Source: Pecten maximus
Taxonomy: Eukaryota
Length of the DNA: 64,000 bases
Assembly: GCF_902652985.1 (NCBI RefSeq)
Contig: NC_047017.1
Coordinates: 4,588,001-4,652,000, forward strand
Direction: 5' to 3'
Position 1 is the first letter of the stretch. Every line of letters begins with the position of its first letter. Below are positions 47,486-61,050 of the stretch, one piece after another. The notes under the pieces were generated by a model that did not search any database, had not been told where the DNA came from, and saw only the letters and a list, made by a program, of their open reading frames with translations. Made by a program: the position numbers and the translations under genes.

Positions 47486-48437
47486 AAGGCCCATGGGCCT
47501 CTTGTATATGTTTCTTATATAATCAGAGACATATAATGTATTGCTATTTTTACGTGGAAATCATTAGAATGTGGCGATTTGTGTTGCTTACGTTGTAGAA
47601 CCATACATCACTAATATACTTTGTTGACAAAAAAAAAAAAAAAAAAAGAAAACAAACAACAAACAAAAAACAATTTTTTTTTGGAGGAATCCTGCGAAAT
47701 GGTAGAATATACATAAAATTGGGAATATTATGAAGTGTATGAAGATGTATGTGGGTAATTAGGTATATAGGCCAAAGACCGAGGTAAAAATCAATAACAG
47801 TAATATTCCAGAAGGCATAAATAAGATGGAACTCACAGCATGCAAACGAGAACTTGAGCGGAAAGGATAGAGATTATTAAGTATTAAAACCCCGACAGGG
47901 TCGCCGAATCTTCACTTATGCGAATTATTATCAACATTTTACATATGCAGTAAGTTTCAAGCTTAACTGTCAATCCGCCCTCATAAAACCCACTTCTGGG
48001 TATCCGACTTCTCACGGTACTTAAGGTGTCCCTGTACATGTTTTCTCTGACAAAAACTGCAGAGCAGCTCTGAAAGCTACTACTTTTAGCTAGACGATCA
48101 AAAGCGAAGTTACAACACACACAGTTTACCATCTTTTTATGTTATTGGATAAAATAAAAACCACTTTAGCCAATACAACTGATTGTTTCAAGCAGGCTAG
48201 ACTTATTATCTTGTATAATTTGATTCAGTGGGTAAGGAAGACATTTCTGTACACGAAGATACGGGTGCCTGCATTAAAGATGATCATCATGAGGGCATGA
48301 AAAATCTAGAACCGATGGCTAGTTAACATAAAGTATTTATCACATAGAACGAATATTCATACCCTGCCTACACTGCTCACCTGTCAGAAATTGTCCGTCC
48401 GTCGTCCAGATCGATCGAGCTATATCAAACCATCGCT

Positions 48438-48499
48438 AGGAGAAGGAGGAGGAGGAGGAGGAGGAGGAGGAGGACGACGACGACGACGACGACGATGAC
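48438..48499. repeat. Compound microsatellite (GGA)n(CGA)n
   Basis: Read directly from the sequence. Confidence 0.95.
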
Positions 48500-51400
48500 T
48501 TTATTGAAATGATCAAGATATTTTCACAGTATAATTCTTTGGAAGCAGATACTGTCAGAACAAAAATTTGGTAATCGAGACATCAGTTTTTATTAATTAT
48601 TATGTATACTTTCATCAATAGAAACTTTTAACATAAAGAATTTTTCGTTGTTTTGTTTTGTTGGAATATAGAAGTAAGTTTAATGTACGATATCTTTATG
48701 ACTTGTACGGCGGATTATTATGGAATATCCACGATAAGTCCCAAGTGTTCCGTACAAAGTCCAGTACATAACTGATTACAAAGCATGTATATAGATGTTG
48801 AAACACAGGTAAATTCTGAGATATTTTAGTGACAGATGTCACTTAGCTATAGGCCTACATGTCAAATTAGCCGGAGGTCAGTATCAAACTGACCAGACGG
48901 AATAGCACGATAATTCTCTTACGTAACATAATGGACAATTGACATGAGGTGCTATACGGAAATGACGACAGAAGGTATTAATTGATAAAAGCTTGACACC
49001 CGGAATTTATCTTAATTATACATCAAAAAGGTGAAACGATATACAATTCTAATTGTAACGTCTAAGAAACCTACTGTATTTTTACGAATTGTCTCTTGAA
49101 TTACCAAATTACAAATATAACACTATTACAAATAAAACTAGAAATGCTCATGGACAATTTGACGGGCTTTCCATACCCTTGACAAACTTAAGGGAGCATT
49201 TACCTTCACGACCTTGAATATAGGTCAGGGTCATTCTTTTAACACTATAACAAATAATACTAAATTGAAAGTAGTCAGAGTCAGTTTTAGCACTTTATTT
49301 TTTATCACAAATTTTCCTCATGATACTGTCACCCAATTGGGAGTGAAACCGGGGACTCTCAACCCGAGGGGATGGGGATTCTCAACCTGAGGGGATGTAC
49401 TTTTTTAAAAGTTGCCAATCACGGGGCTTGCCGAGTGTTTTGGCAGCTTAAGAATCTTACTCCAAAGGTGAGCTCCATCGTCTCATCCCCAAGACTGTGA
49501 ATTACTATTTTTCTCTTACCCTGTTTACCCTCTAATTTATCTTATATTGACGGTACATCAATGCAAGACCCTGCTGGCGTGACGTGATTGGATTGTCGAC
49601 ATGACACCAATGTATCGTCGACGTGACGTCATGGTATTGTTGTCATGACGCATACAATTGTTGAGAACGTGCAAGGAGCACTTGCAGCTTTTTTTTCGTC
49701 CCTGAGGTGAGATAAGAAAATTTCACACCGGTAAAATTGTAGATAGCCTGTTCAGGTTTATCTTGAGACAAGTACACCTCACGAGACAGATACAACTCAT
49801 GAGACATGTACGTACACCTCACGAGACAGATACACGTCATGAGACAGATACACCTCATATCCTCAGATCTTTCCCAGTCTGCGATGTCACCTATTGACCT
49901 TGAGTGGGCAGATGATTCCTCTCTCGACGGTCATTAATTTAGAAGGTTAACTCCCCACGGCAGACTTTGGGAGGATTTTAATGGCGCGACGACAGGAATT
50001 TCTCCTGTCATTACAGTTGCAATCCACAGAAATATCGTCGTATTTCTCAATTTACCCCGGTGTCACCTGTCATCCCAATACATCACATGATAATTGTCAC
50101 TATAGAAACTGACATCGCTCAACTACACCAAATGTTTGTCAGTATACGATATTTCCTTTTTTACCTTAAATATTGTGTAATTGATTTGATATTAGAAAAA
50201 TATACTATAATTGGTACGTGGAGAGAGGTTATAACTATAGTTTTGCCCAAAGGCCTATAATCCTTTATCATATCGCACTCATACATAGTTTTTCTGTAAG
50301 TGATAAATTCGACACTGTAAAATCACGAACAGAAAAAATAACTCTTAAAATGTATCTTCCTCGTTTATCATGCCCCAGCAGGAATAGTTTGATAACAGTT
50401 TTATAACTCACCCTCCCTGATTTCCCCTCAAATATACCCCGAATTCCATAAAAAATGTTTAGATACTCAAAATTCCTTTTTGCGACATCAATTATTTCTC
50501 TTATAAAAAATATCTTTTTTTAAATATGAGGTTTATAATCAAATTGCGCAAGCGCAATCGCCACGGTCACGCGAAGACGGTGTACACAGTAGATGGAATC
50601 ATTCAGGAGCCATATTGCAGTGTAATCCCGCTGAATTTTCACTTCACGTAAACCCCCTCTACAATTATATGTGTGACAATGTTTAATGCAATAAATTCAA
50701 TAATTTCAAGGTAGCGTGTCGAAAATATTTCAGAGAAACAACGAATACCATCCAATATGTTAAGTAAGCCATAATTCTAAATCAAAACCAACAAAACGAA
50801 GCCAATATTTTATAAAATTATACAGATACCAGAAGAATACCACCAGATGGCACTGACAGGTAAGCGTCTCATTTGACGAAACCCGTCATGTAAACCTATG
50901 TCAAATCCAGACAATGTAACGTTCTCAAAATAGTAACCGTGTAAATTATTGAAGACAGACAATAAAGTATCTCGAAAAGAAATAGGGGATATTCCATAGA
51001 GTCAGAATTATCGAAGTCTCTATCTACGATTTACAACCGTGTTTATTTCTCTGATTTATAGATATAATTAAAGTAATTGTTATTTTAAAGTAAAATGAAT
51101 TTTGAAGACAATTTTGACAATACATGTTGACTTGGCTTTTTTAAGCTGATGTTTTATTATCAATACTACTTTCAGGTATACGATTTAGCATGATATGCTG
51201 TCCAGTAGCATTCCAAGCAAAGTATTATGGTAATAGTACCCAAGGAACAGGAAAAATGGTTTAGGAGAACTGTTCATCCGTCTGACATTTCCAAAAGTCT
51301 AAGTATTTCCACGTTTAGCTTCCTCTTCTTTTTAATTATGTTTGAATATTAATATTCCATGACTCATTCGATTCATTTGAACACCCAAATATATCATTAT

Positions 51401-52675
51401 TTAAAAACACTTAATTTACTAGATTATAATTATGGAAGTGTTGTCATATGTATATTTCATCATTTATGTTTTACGAGAGAAGTTTTTAAACATTTGTCTG
51501 ATGCCATTTGTGTAATTTGCAAATAAATATGTTTAAATAAAAATGGAAGTGTTCTTGGCAGCGATCTATATTATGAGTCTTCATATTCACATCACAAGCG
51601 TTCAGTGTTAATTTCGAAAATGCTTCCCATCTCACTAATGGGGAAACCTAAGTCGTCAGATAATTCAATTACCGTTAGTTTCGTATGCAAAGTAACAGGT
51701 AGGTATATGGCCTCGTGTAGGTGATGTAAATAGCAAATTGCAGATCATGGCTAGAAAGCAGACGCTTATATCACTGAGAAATCGGATAAGTATAGCTTTT
51801 GACCAGACAGTTGGTGAGAATGTGTATAGTTTATTGTAGGGAGTGGAAACTGTTGCAGACAGAAGGCACGATTGAGTCAAACTCTATAGGCACAATGCCG
51901 TGATGTATAGGTCTATAGAAATTTTTAATAAAATTTCACTTTTGTTTCAATACATAAAGGTGATTTCAAGGTTGCAAATTTTTTGTTGTGAATATATATT
52001 TTGATAAATTCAGATGATTTCTCCATGTTGTCAACAAAAATTGTTAAAATCGTAAATATATCCGAGATTTTCCTCTTAAATATTTCATTTTTTTTACGGA
52101 TAGCTGACTGATAAGACTAACATCGTGTCTGTGCCAGTCACATGGGCGAACAATCGCATGTTCAGCTTAAGATCGAGAGAGTTGGAGCTAGATCCATACA
52201 AATAAAAAATAAATCTCTCAGATCGGCCATGTTGGTATCAACACGGATTCGCTATCATGGACGTGATGGTATTGTTTTCTGGATATGATTTCCCAAAAGA
52301 TTTTCTGGGTATATTTGCAGGAGGTACGTGTCTTTACTAAGGAAGAAACACGAAAGGAAATCTAAGAAATAGATATTTATATGTTTATATGTAAAATCAA
52401 GAATATCAATCTGCCTCATACATCTGTTTTCAAATTCGAAAACTTGGTTGTCTGTGATTCTTATTGCCAGAAATACAGTAATAACATTTGATAAGTTTTA
52501 TTTCATATCGGAGGACGTTAAGAGAGTTGAACGAGGAGTGTGGAAAAGATATCGTTTTGGTATTTTTCTTAGAACTGACGGAATATCATTAAAAACCTCA
52601 AATAACGAACATTCATTTTTGAAAGTCCGATGTTGCAATATCTGTCATCAAAAAGATATGACGTCAAATAAGAAA

Positions 52676-55212
52676 TGGATACCTATAAAACTGTACTGTT
52701 GTCACTGTGGTCAGATAAACCCTGGATACCTATATAACTGTACTTTTGTCACTGTGGTCAGATAAACACTGGATACCTATATAACCGAACTGTTGTCACT
52801 GTGGTCAGATAAACACTGGATACCTATATAACCGTACTGCTGTCACTGTGGTCAGATAAACACTGGATACCTATATAACCGTACTGCTGTCACTATGGTC
52901 AGATAAACACTGGATACCTATATAACCGTACTGTTGTCACTGTGGTCAGATAAACACTGGATACATATCTAACCGTACTGTTGTCACTATGGTCAGATAA
53001 ACACTGGATACCTATATAACTGTACTGTTGTCACTGTGGTCAGATAAACACTGGATACCTATATAACCGTACTGTTGTCACTGTGGTCAGATAAACACTG
53101 GATACCTATATAACTGTACTTTGTCACTGTGGTCAGATAAACACTGGATACCTATATAACCGTACTGTTGTCACTGTGGTCAGATAAACACTGGATACCT
53201 ATATAACTGTACTTTGTCACTGTGGTCAGATAAACACTGGATACCTATATAACTGTACTGTTGTCACTGTGGTCAGATAAACACTGTATACCTATATAAC
53301 TGTACTGTTGTCACTGCGGTCAGATAAACACTGGATACCTATATAACCGTACTGTTGTCACTGTGGCCAGATAAAAACTGGATATCTATATAACTGTACT
53401 GTTGTCACCGTGGTCAGATAAACACTGGATACCTATATAACCGTACTGTTGTCACTGTGGTCAGATAAACACTGTATACCTATATAACTGTACTGTTGTC
53501 ACTGTGGTCAGATAAACACTGGATACCTATATAACTGTACTGTTGTCACTGTGGTCAGATAAACACTGGATACCTATATAAAACTGTACTGTTGTCACTG
53601 TGGTCAGATAAACACTTTATACCTATATAACTGTACTGTTGTCACTGTTGTCACTGTGGTCAGATAAACACTGGATACCTATATAACTGTACTGCTGTCA
53701 CTGTGGTCAGATAAACACTGGATACCTATATAACTGTACTGTTGTCACTGTGGTCAGATAAACACTGGATACCTATATATAACTGTACTGTTGTCACTGT
53801 GGTCAGATAAACACTTTATACCTATATAACTGTACTGTTGTCACTGTTGTCACTGTGGTCAGATAAACACTGGATACCTATATAACTGTACTGTTGTCAC
53901 TGTGGTCAGATAAACACTGGATACCTATATAACTGTACTGTTGTCACTGTGGTCAGATAAACACTGGATACCTATATAACTGTACTGTTGTCACTGTTGT
54001 CACTGTGGTCAGATAAACACTTTATACCTATATATAACTGTACTGTTGTCACTGTTGTCACTGTGGTCAGATAAACACTGGATACCTATATAACTGTACT
54101 GTTGTCACTGTTGTCACTGTGGTCAGATAAACACTGGATACCTATATATAACTGTACTGTTGTCACTGTGGTCAGATAAACACTTTATACCTATATAACT
54201 GTACTGTTGTCACTGTTGTCACTGTGGTCAGATAAACACTTTATACCTATATAACTGTACTGTTGTCACTGTTGTCACTGTGGTCAGATAAACACTGGAT
54301 ACCTATATAACTGTACTGTTGTCACTGTGGTCAGATAAACACTGGATACCTATATAACTGTACTGTTGTCACTGTTGTCACTGTGGTCAGATAAACACTG
54401 GATACCTATATAACTGTACTGTTGTCACTGTTGTCACTGTGGTCAGATAAACACTTTATACCTATATATAACTGTACTGTTGTCACTGTTGTCACTGTGG
54501 TCAGATAAACACTGGATACCTATATAACTGTACTGTTGTCACTGTTGTCACTGTGGTCAGATAAACACTGGATACCTATATATAACTGTACTGTTGTCAC
54601 TGTGGTCAGATAAACACTTTATACCTATATAACTGTACTGTTGTCACTGTTGTCACTGTGGTCAGATAAACACTGGATACCTATATAACTGTACTGTTGT
54701 CACTGTGGTCAGATAAACACTGGATACCTATATAACCGTACTGTTGTCACTGTGGTCAGATAAACACTGTATACCTATATAACCGTACTGTTGTCACTGT
54801 GGTCAGATAAACACTGTATACCTATATAACCGTACTGTTGTCACTGTGGTCAGATAAACACTGGATACCTATATAGCCGTACTGTTGTCACTGTGGTCAG
54901 ATAAACACTGTATACCTATATAACCGTACTGTTGTCACTGTGGTCAGATAAACACTGGATACCTATATAACCGTACTATTGTCACTGTGGTCAGATAAAC
55001 ACTGTATACCTATATAACCGTACTGTTGTCACTGTGGTCAGATAAACACTGGATACCTATATAACCGTACTATTGTCACTGTGGTCAGATAAACACTGGA
55101 TACCTATATATCTGTACTGTTGTCACTGTTGTCACTGTTGTCACTGTTGTCAGATAAACAATTGATACCTATATAACTGTACTTTTGTCACTGTGGTCAA
55201 ATAAACATTGGA
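52676..55212. repeat. 47-bp minisatellite with 49/56/58-bp variants
   Basis: About 50 units of GTCACTGTGGTCAGATAAACACTGGATACCTATATAAC(C/T)GTACTGTT. Confidence 0.98.
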
Positions 55213-56554
55213 AGGGGATATTTTTTCTAGAGTTCAGACATAAAACGCCTTTTCAAACCAGACTTTATTTATTTCCTGCGCATTTTTTATCAATTGACAT
55301 ATCGATAAGTTCAGAGTGCTGTTAAAACGACCACGAGGATTTTTCCCTTTTTTATTGACATTTCCCCAACACACTGTAAAAGCAAATGTAGCAAAAAAAA
55401 AACCTACAGAGTTGATGCTCCACTTGTAATCCCAGAAATGATGTAGCCATTGTTTTGACCTAGTGATGTTTGATATATTATCTTTCATCAAAGGCAGGCT
55501 CCATGTACCATCGGTAAGTCTATATACAAACTTTGGTCGCACTGGGAAGCCAGTTGGTGAGTTAAGTTCCGCGGGACGTACCGAAAGAGCCATTGGTCGG
55601 CGGTGCAGTGGTACCCTGTGCCACAGTTTTCCTTTTTGTTTATTGAACGTCAGTAGTAATGATTTCCCCGGTGACCATTATTTTAGATTTATTTACTGTA
55701 AAGGTCATTATTTATCAGTATATTGGAAACAAAAACATTCCGATACACTTTGGTTGAAAGAATATGACATCACTTTATAGATTTTTTTTTCTTTACATGT
55801 ACGATATGAAATCAGACGCGTTTGCTACTTGTTGATATGTACATGTATATCCAGTGGTTCCGTTGTCACGGCCCTAGCACAGGGGCATGTCTAGTATTAT
55901 ATTAAACGAGAAAAAATAAATAAACGGTATAGTTTTACTGCTGGTGGTTAATGTAAAACTGCCGGTGAAATAAATTAACGAACTAATGCGTTTCAGCACG
56001 GATTATGCATCGTCGGCGATCCCAATCGCTTTTGATCAATCTTCTTATCATTATTCATTGTCATACGACAAAAGAATAACATGCGTTGATATTTCAGGAT
56101 TCTTAACTAAGGTACGTTACTGAAATTTATATGCATTTGATATTTTAATCGAATTTAACTTAAATGCAAGGTGAACCGAAGCTCACTCCCCACTTCCGGT
56201 GTTTCGAGTGTTACACATTGTTGATATAGTAGGTTTAAGGGATAATATTTTAATACTAACCAGAAGCAGACGCCTGTGATGAAGTAGATGACTCTTAACC
56301 TCCTGTAACACATGGTCCGTATTTCCTTGTACTTTGCAAGGGTCTCCATACAAATAAATATGAGTTTTAGTATTTTGCCCAAGTTTGATCTATTTTGAGT
56401 TGGAATATTACAGTTTTATTATATGTTATAACCTATCAAACTTGCATTATTTCACATTTTCACATTTTCACATTTCACATTAAGTGAATTTTATATAAAA
56501 TAAGATTTGAATCTTCGACAACGTTGTTTAAATCAAAGAATTTATGCCATCGCA

Positions 56555-56752
56555 ATAACTTGGTGCAACTTGCTCGGATCAATTTGGTTCAACTTGCTCG
56601 GGACAACTTAGTTCAACAGACTCGGAACAACTTGGTTTACCTGTCTTGAAACAGCTAAGTTCAGGTGGCTCGGAGTAAATCAATTCACCTGTCTCGTATC
56701 GACTCTGTTTACCAGGCTCGAAAAAACTCATTTCACCTGACTCGAAGTATTT
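56555..56752. repeat. Highly degenerate 24-bp tandem repeat
   Basis: About 8 units of the form AACTTGGTTCAACTTGCTCGGAAC, with CTCG recurring every 24 bp. Confidence 0.7.
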
Positions 56753-57087
56753 GATTGGATTGTGAAAATACACACATGGTGTTAGGTTACACTAGAGTGT
56801 AGTATACGTCACAGCTAGGGATTGTCTTTAAACAACCTCTTCAAATCTATAAACCTTTTTTAATCAGTATGTTCGCTTCGGATACGGGTTGGGTGTGAAT
56901 TCTTGAGTATTTTATGGGAGTGACGTCCGTAAATTTTGAGCAAATAAGCTTATACTCACACTGTTAAGACCATAGTGTTTGGTTAGCTATTGAGTTACGT
57001 CACAAATTAAATGAAGGACGTGTTAAGTAAACAGTTTATTTCCGATGAGCTTCGCACCTGTACTGACAAGATTTAGGGCTAGGGCTA

Positions 57088-57290
57088 GGTGGTCGGTTAG
57101 CACAGTGGTAACGTACTTGCCTTTCATCTAAGCGGCCGGGGTTCGATTCCCCGATCGGACGTGAAAAGTTATGGGGTCACCTGCAGGTACTCCGGTTTCC
57201 TCCCACAGTAAGACCCCTTGTGTACCAAAGAGAGTTATTAATATAAATTAATATAACTTTTTTTTTCGCAATTCTTGTAAAATGATTAGA
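57088..57290 (+). mobile_element. tRNA-derived V-domain SINE, second copy with internal deletion
   Basis: TAGCACAGTGG...GGTTCGATTCCCCGATCGGACGTGAAAA...GGTACTCCGGTTTCCTCCCACAGTAAGAC, colinear with 17141-17374. Confidence 0.85.
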
Positions 57291-57581
57291 GTTAACATTA
57301 ATGACTGGTCAACCAAATTCAATAATTTACCTATTTCATTTTACTGAATAAAATTGCATTTACACTCATTCAATGTCGCAGGTAAGAAATGTTTTCAGAT
57401 CTTTATGATTCCGTCCACATAATTATAAATAGATAAAAACCATACATATTAATGATCAAATATGTTGAAATCGTTAAAAAAATCAGTTACTGACGTAAGA
57501 AAGCTACCAAAGACATAATAAAGTGTTTTCATGTGGATGTCTTAGAAGATCGCTAAAATATTATTTCTAGTGATATTGAAG

Positions 57582-57837
57582 TACCGTACGATGTAGAAAC
57601 TTACATGAGGGAATTTTACAATAAATACAAAGGTCATTCGACCGTGGAAATTTCCGCTAAGCGTTTTTTTTAGTGATGAATATGGTATTTCTGCAGTTAA
57701 ATTGAAGAATACCAACAAAAAATAAATAAAATAAAATAAATAAAAAATATCGATCGCCACGCGTATCAATGTAGTTTACAATTTTGAAATCGAAATCGCG
57801 AAATTAACCCCCCACGGAATTAACCGTGCTTTCAGTA
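57582..57837. mobile_element. Degenerate MITE related to 27191-27413
   Basis: TACCGTA start; ends ATCGAAATCGCGAAATTAACCCCCCAC...TTTCAGTA, similar to 27364-27413. Confidence 0.55.
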
Positions 57838-59180
57838 CCTTATCTTATCCGTTCAAAAATGATGCACAATTGGCCTTCAAAACATATTTATACAGTAAAC
57901 CACATTACATTCTGTCAAATAACGACATTTACATATTTTTCGGACCGATTTTCCCCCATTTTTGTCTCTTTTTCCATATCAGCTTTGAAAGTAGGAATGT
58001 AATTGTATAGATATAAGGGAATTTAACTGAAAATTGGAACCGCATTTGTATCATCCAATATATCTGCGCATGCGCAAGACGTATGGTGGAGCTGTTCGCT
58101 GTAAGTGATAAAACTGTTATGTCTAATACTGCAGCCATTTCTGCTCTTAGCGGTTGTACTAATCGACCGGTATATGACCAATTATGGCCGAAGAAGAGAT
58201 ATAAATGAAAATGAATCGACATGATTTAGTACCAAGGGGCCAATAGATGACCGAAAACGCCATTTAGCCGCTTGAAGTAGTCAGCAATGTAGCTGTATAT
58301 AGGCTGCCATAGACGCTCTTACCGACATGGCAGTTTGTTAAAAGAGTTTCGGAAATAGTAACACTTGAACTAAGCAACGTCCTTAAATGATTCATGTACA
58401 GAACGCTATATATCATAAGGGTACAGATATTTGCCGTCTCCCCTCATTTAGACATTTCTCTGCGGTCATTCTCCGGGGCATACTGCCCGAAAGTTCTAAT
58501 AAACATCAAATGGACACACAGTGGTCCGGCTTTTGACGTGATTTCCGGAATTTGGCGATACAAATAGGGAGAACAAATCAGTCTGATAGTGGTGTATAAT
58601 AGCACTTCATGAAAGCAAATATGAAGCACTTAGTTATTTGTGAGCAGTCTGACGAGAACGCCATTGGAAGGAGATTCTTGGCTCAATTAGACATTGGACA
58701 CGTATTGGTTTGGTCGCGTCATCCAAAGTCTGTAAAAATCATCCCGATATACATTTTACGTGTATCATAAGCATTTATAAAGCATTCAGTGTCAAATTGC
58801 AGCCTCATTCGGTAAACTGAAAATATATTCGTAAACATGAAACGCCAATGTAAGGCATATAATTATCATCATTTTATGTGGCTTCTCACTTGGGTGTCCG
58901 TGTACAATCCTTTTCAATTGATGAATGGCGAGCTCTGCTTGTGGAATTTCACTCCATCGAAGTTTGCCGTTACCCCGCATGTCATTTATGCATTGCTATG
59001 AGCAGTGAAACATTTCAGAATATACGCACGCAGTCCATGTCCTTTGAATTCATCCAATGTCCCTTTTTACCGAAGTGACTTAATTCAGTGTTTGTCACAT
59101 CAGGTTCCGTACTTTAACTCTTCTTAAGGTATATTTTGATTTTCCTAATTTTCATTCTTTTTGTTTTGTTCGTTCTCGCA

Positions 59181-61050
59181 ACAGCAAAGTCATATGAGGA
59201 CGGATGTCAAGGAGACACCAATAGCCAAGTCATATGAGGACGGGTGTCAAGGAGACACCAACAGCAAAGTGATGTGAGAACGGATTTCAAGGAGACACCA
59301 ACAGCCAGGTCATATGAGGACGGGTGTCAAGGAGACACCAACAGCCAGGTCATATGAGGACGGGTGTCAAGGAGACACAAACAGCCAGGTCATATGAGGA
59401 CGGGTGTCAAGGAGACACAAACAGCCAGGTCATATGAGGACGGGTGTCAAGGAGACACCAACAGCAAAGTGATGTGAGAACGGATTTCAAGGAGACACCA
59501 ACAGCCAGGTCATATGAGGACGGGTGTCAAGGAGACACCAACAGCCATACCATATGAGCACGAGTGTCAAGGAGACATAAACAGCCAGGTCATATGAAGA
59601 CGGGTGTCAAGGAGACACAAACAGCCAGGTCATATGAAGACGGGTGTCAAGGAGACACAAACAGCCAGGTCATATGAGGACGGATGTCAAGGAGACACCA
59701 ACAGCAAAGTGATGTGAGAACGGGTTTCAAAGAGACACCAACAGCCAGGTCATATGAGGACGGGTGTCAAGGAGACACCAACAGCCAGGTCATATGAAGA
59801 CGGGTGTCAAGGAGACACAAACAGCCAGGTCATATGAGGACGGATGTCAAGGAGACACCAACAGCCAGGTCATATGAGGACGGATGTCAAGGAGACACAA
59901 ACAGCAAAGTTATGTGAGGACGAGTGTCGAGGAGACACCAACAGCCAGGTCATATGAGGACGGATGTCAAAGAGACACAAACAGCAAAGTTATGTGAGGA
60001 CGAGTGTCAAGGAGACACCAACAGCCAGGTCATATGAGGACGGGTGTCAAGGAGACACCAACAGCCATGTCATATGAGGACGGGTGTCAAGGAGACACCA
60101 ACAGCCAGGTCATATGAGGACGGATGTCAAGGAGACACAAACAGCCAGGTCATATGAGGACGGATGTCAAGGAGACACCAACAGCCAGGTCATATGAGGA
60201 CGGATGTCAAGGAGACACCAACAGCCAGGTCATATGAGGACGGGTGTCAAGGAGACACAAACAACCAGGGTCATATAAGGACGGGTGTCTAGGAGACACC
60301 AACAGCCAGGTCATATGAGGACGGGTGTCAAGGAGACACAAACAGCCAGGTCATATGAGGACGGATGTCAAGGAGACACCAACAGCCAGGTCATATGAGG
60401 ACGGGTGTCAAGGAGACACAAACAACCAGGGTCATATGAGGACGGGTGTCTAGGAGACACCAACAGCCAGGTCATATGAGGACGGATGTCAAGGAGACAC
60501 CAACAGCCAGGCCATATGAAGACGGGTGTCAAGGAGACACCAACAGCCAGGTCATATGAGGACGGGTGTCAAGGAGACACCAACAGCCAGGTCATATGAG
60601 GACGGGTGTCAAGGAGACACCAACAGCCAGGTCATATGAGGACGGGTGTCAAGGAGACACCAACAACCAGGTCATATGAGGACGGATGTCAAGGAGACAC
60701 CAAGAGCAAGGTCATATGAGGACGGGTGTCAATGAGACACCAACAGCCAGGTCATATGAGGACGGGTGTCAAGGAGACACCAACAACCAGGTCATATGAG
60801 GACGGATGTCAAGGAGACACAAACAGCAACGTTATGTGAGGACGGGTGTCAAGGAGACACCAACAGCCAGGTCATATGAGGACGGGTGTCAAGGAGACAC
60901 CAACAGCCAGGTCATATGAAGACGGGTGTCAAGGAGACACCAACAGCCAGGTCATATGAGGACAGGTATCAAGGAGACACCACAAACAGCTAGATCATAT
61001 GAAGACGGGTGTCAAGGAGACACCAACAGCCAGGTCATATGAGGACGGGT
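59181..61050. repeat. 40-bp minisatellite
   Basis: About 47 units of ACAGCCAGGTCATATGAGGACGGGTGTCAAGGAGACACCA. Confidence 0.98.

Larger units (their letters stand above)
39533..47505 (+). mobile_element. Helentron-type non-autonomous element (HINE/pearl-like), split by the Gypsy insertion (39533-40503 + 47486-47505)
   Basis: 5' AGGTCACCTGAGACAAAGTCTCAAGTGACCT hairpin, then a (CGT/CCGT)n microsatellite and central repeats of 324-bp period. The 3' end has subTIR CAGGTGACC and terminal palindrome AGGCCCATGGGCCT-CTTGT. This is the architecture known for bivalve HINEs. Confidence 0.85.

Noticed and set aside
47880-48040. Possible terminal fragment of a DIRS-like element
   Set aside because: Only a vague resemblance from memory; no second copy or coding remnant in the window supports it.
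55234-55780. Overlapping 119-aa and 105-aa ORFs
   Set aside because: No recognisable domain; the candidate + strand exon 55410-55512 has stops in all three frames.
52676-61050. Long regular arrays (also 14747-15231 and 34226-36147) as CRISPR arrays
   Set aside because: The units are contiguous with no unique spacers, there are no cas genes, and the context is eukaryotic.
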